Shown piece by piece: positions 25,324 to 25,948 of a stretch of DNA of 25,948 nt. The DNA lies in the IMG/VR virus record IMGVR_UViG_3300050162_000033, positions 1 to 25,948 of that record; one strand, written 5' to 3'. Position numbers and translations under genes: made by a program. The first letter of the stretch is position 1. Each line of letters begins with the position of its first letter. The notes under the pieces were generated by a model. The model searched no databases, was not told the origin of the DNA, and worked only from the letters and a program-made list of their open reading frames with translations. Source of the DNA: a virus (Duplodnaviria > Caudoviricetes).

Positions 25324-25680
25324 ATGATAGAGGAATTAATTGCAAGAGTGTTTGCGGCCCGCAATGCCGCTCACTTACAGCACTGGCGCACAAAGTCATA
25401 CTCACAACATATTGCACTTGGTGAGTTCTACGATTCAGTGATCGATGGCATTGATTCGATTGTTGAGGCATACCAGGGGGTTTTCGAGCTTGTATCTGTT
25501 GGCTCATTGCCAGAACAGAAAAAGCAAACCGACATTATCAGTCTGCTGGAAGATGATCTTTTGTGGATCAGCAAAAACCGGGCGAAACTATGCAAAGGGT
25601 TACCAGCCATTGATAATCTGTTGCAGGGGCTTGAGGATTCATATCTGAAAGCATTGTACAAACTCAAAAATTTATCGTAG
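25324..25680 (+). CDS. Ferritin/Dps-like protein (DUF5856-like)
   Basis: H..HW.T.SY..H.AL.EFYD.....D..VE.YQG...YKL..L matches a four-helix-bundle Dps-like ligand pattern. Confidence 0.8.
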   Translation: MIEELIARVFAARNAAHLQHWRTKSYSQHIALGEFYDSVIDGIDSIVEAYQGVFELVSVGSLPEQKKQTDIISLLEDDLLWISKNRAKLCKGLPAIDNLLQGLEDSYLKALYKLKNLS

Positions 25681-25689
25681 GGATCCGAC

Positions 25690-25948
25690 ATGACGTCTCC
25701 AGTTCAGGTTTCATCACCATATGAAATTTTCAATGATCTCGATGGTTCTCCATTGGATTCCGGCTATATCTATCTGGGCGCAGTAAACCAAAACCCAGAA
25801 ACCACACCCGTTGCGGTTTATTGGGATCGGGCATTGTCCTTGCCAGCTGTTCAGCCAATTAGGACGGTAAGCGGGTTCCCATCTCGGAATGGAACTCCAG
25901 CAAAAATATTTACCGATGGGTATTCATCGATCACAGTAAGAAATAAAA
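25690..25948 (+). CDS. Tailspike/tail fibre, N-terminal head-binding domain (3'-truncated)
   Basis: Open to the window end: MTSPVQVSSPYEIFNDLDGSPLDSGYIYLGAVNQNPETTPVAVYWD...QPIRTVSGFPSRNGTPAKIF...SITVRNK resembles the P22 gp9 head-binding domain. Confidence 0.88.
   Translation, partial: MTSPVQVSSPYEIFNDLDGSPLDSGYIYLGAVNQNPETTPVAVYWDRALSLPAVQPIRTVSGFPSRNGTPAKIFTDGYSSITVRNK

Larger units (their letters stand above)
1..25948 (+). mobile_element. Segment of a P22-like podovirus/prophage (replication-nin-packaging-head-tail)
   Basis: All credible genes are on the + strand, tightly packed, in the order O/P-nin-terS/terL-portal-scaffold-coat-gp4-gp10-needle-ejection-tailspike. No host genes or att sites are visible, so prophage versus free phage cannot be decided. 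Confidence 0.97.

Noticed and set aside
34-25691. Numerous - strand and nested alternative-frame ORFs in the ORF track
   Set aside because: They overlap well-supported + strand genes and have no recognisable motifs, consistent with shadow ORFs.
1-25948. tRNA genes, integrase/att sites, holin/endolysin, host identity
   Set aside because: None is recognisable in this window, and the host genus cannot be supported from the sequence alone.

Overview
The whole window is one continuous, + strand segment of a Gammaproteobacteria-type podovirus or prophage that combines lambdoid early genes with P22-like virion genes. Left part (1-7824): the 3' end of a replication initiator (O-like), an inserted rha gene, a lambda P-like helicase loader, and a nin-like accessory region (DUF1367, DUF6948 followed by a Gly-X hexamer-repeat ORF, DUF4406, a Tad2/DUF2829 anti-defence sponge fusion, a very acidic small protein, NinG). 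Right part (7817-25948): small and large terminase, P22-type portal, scaffold, coat, decoration-like proteins, gp4, four extra genes, gp10, a long tail needle, a GNAT/gp14-like protein, three ejection proteins (the last with a lytic transglycosylase-like domain), a ferritin/Dps-like DUF5856 gene and the start of the tailspike. The most interesting candidates are (i) a probable Sm/LSm-fold gene coupled to a 32 x GGCNNN repeat encoding a (Gly-X)32 peptide, (ii) a counter-defence cluster at about 5.0-6.4 kb, (iii) a structured, RBS-sequestering leader before the coat gene, and (iv) ninG overlapping terS with no Q or lysis cassette between them. All family assignments come from recognising motifs by eye; no searches were run.
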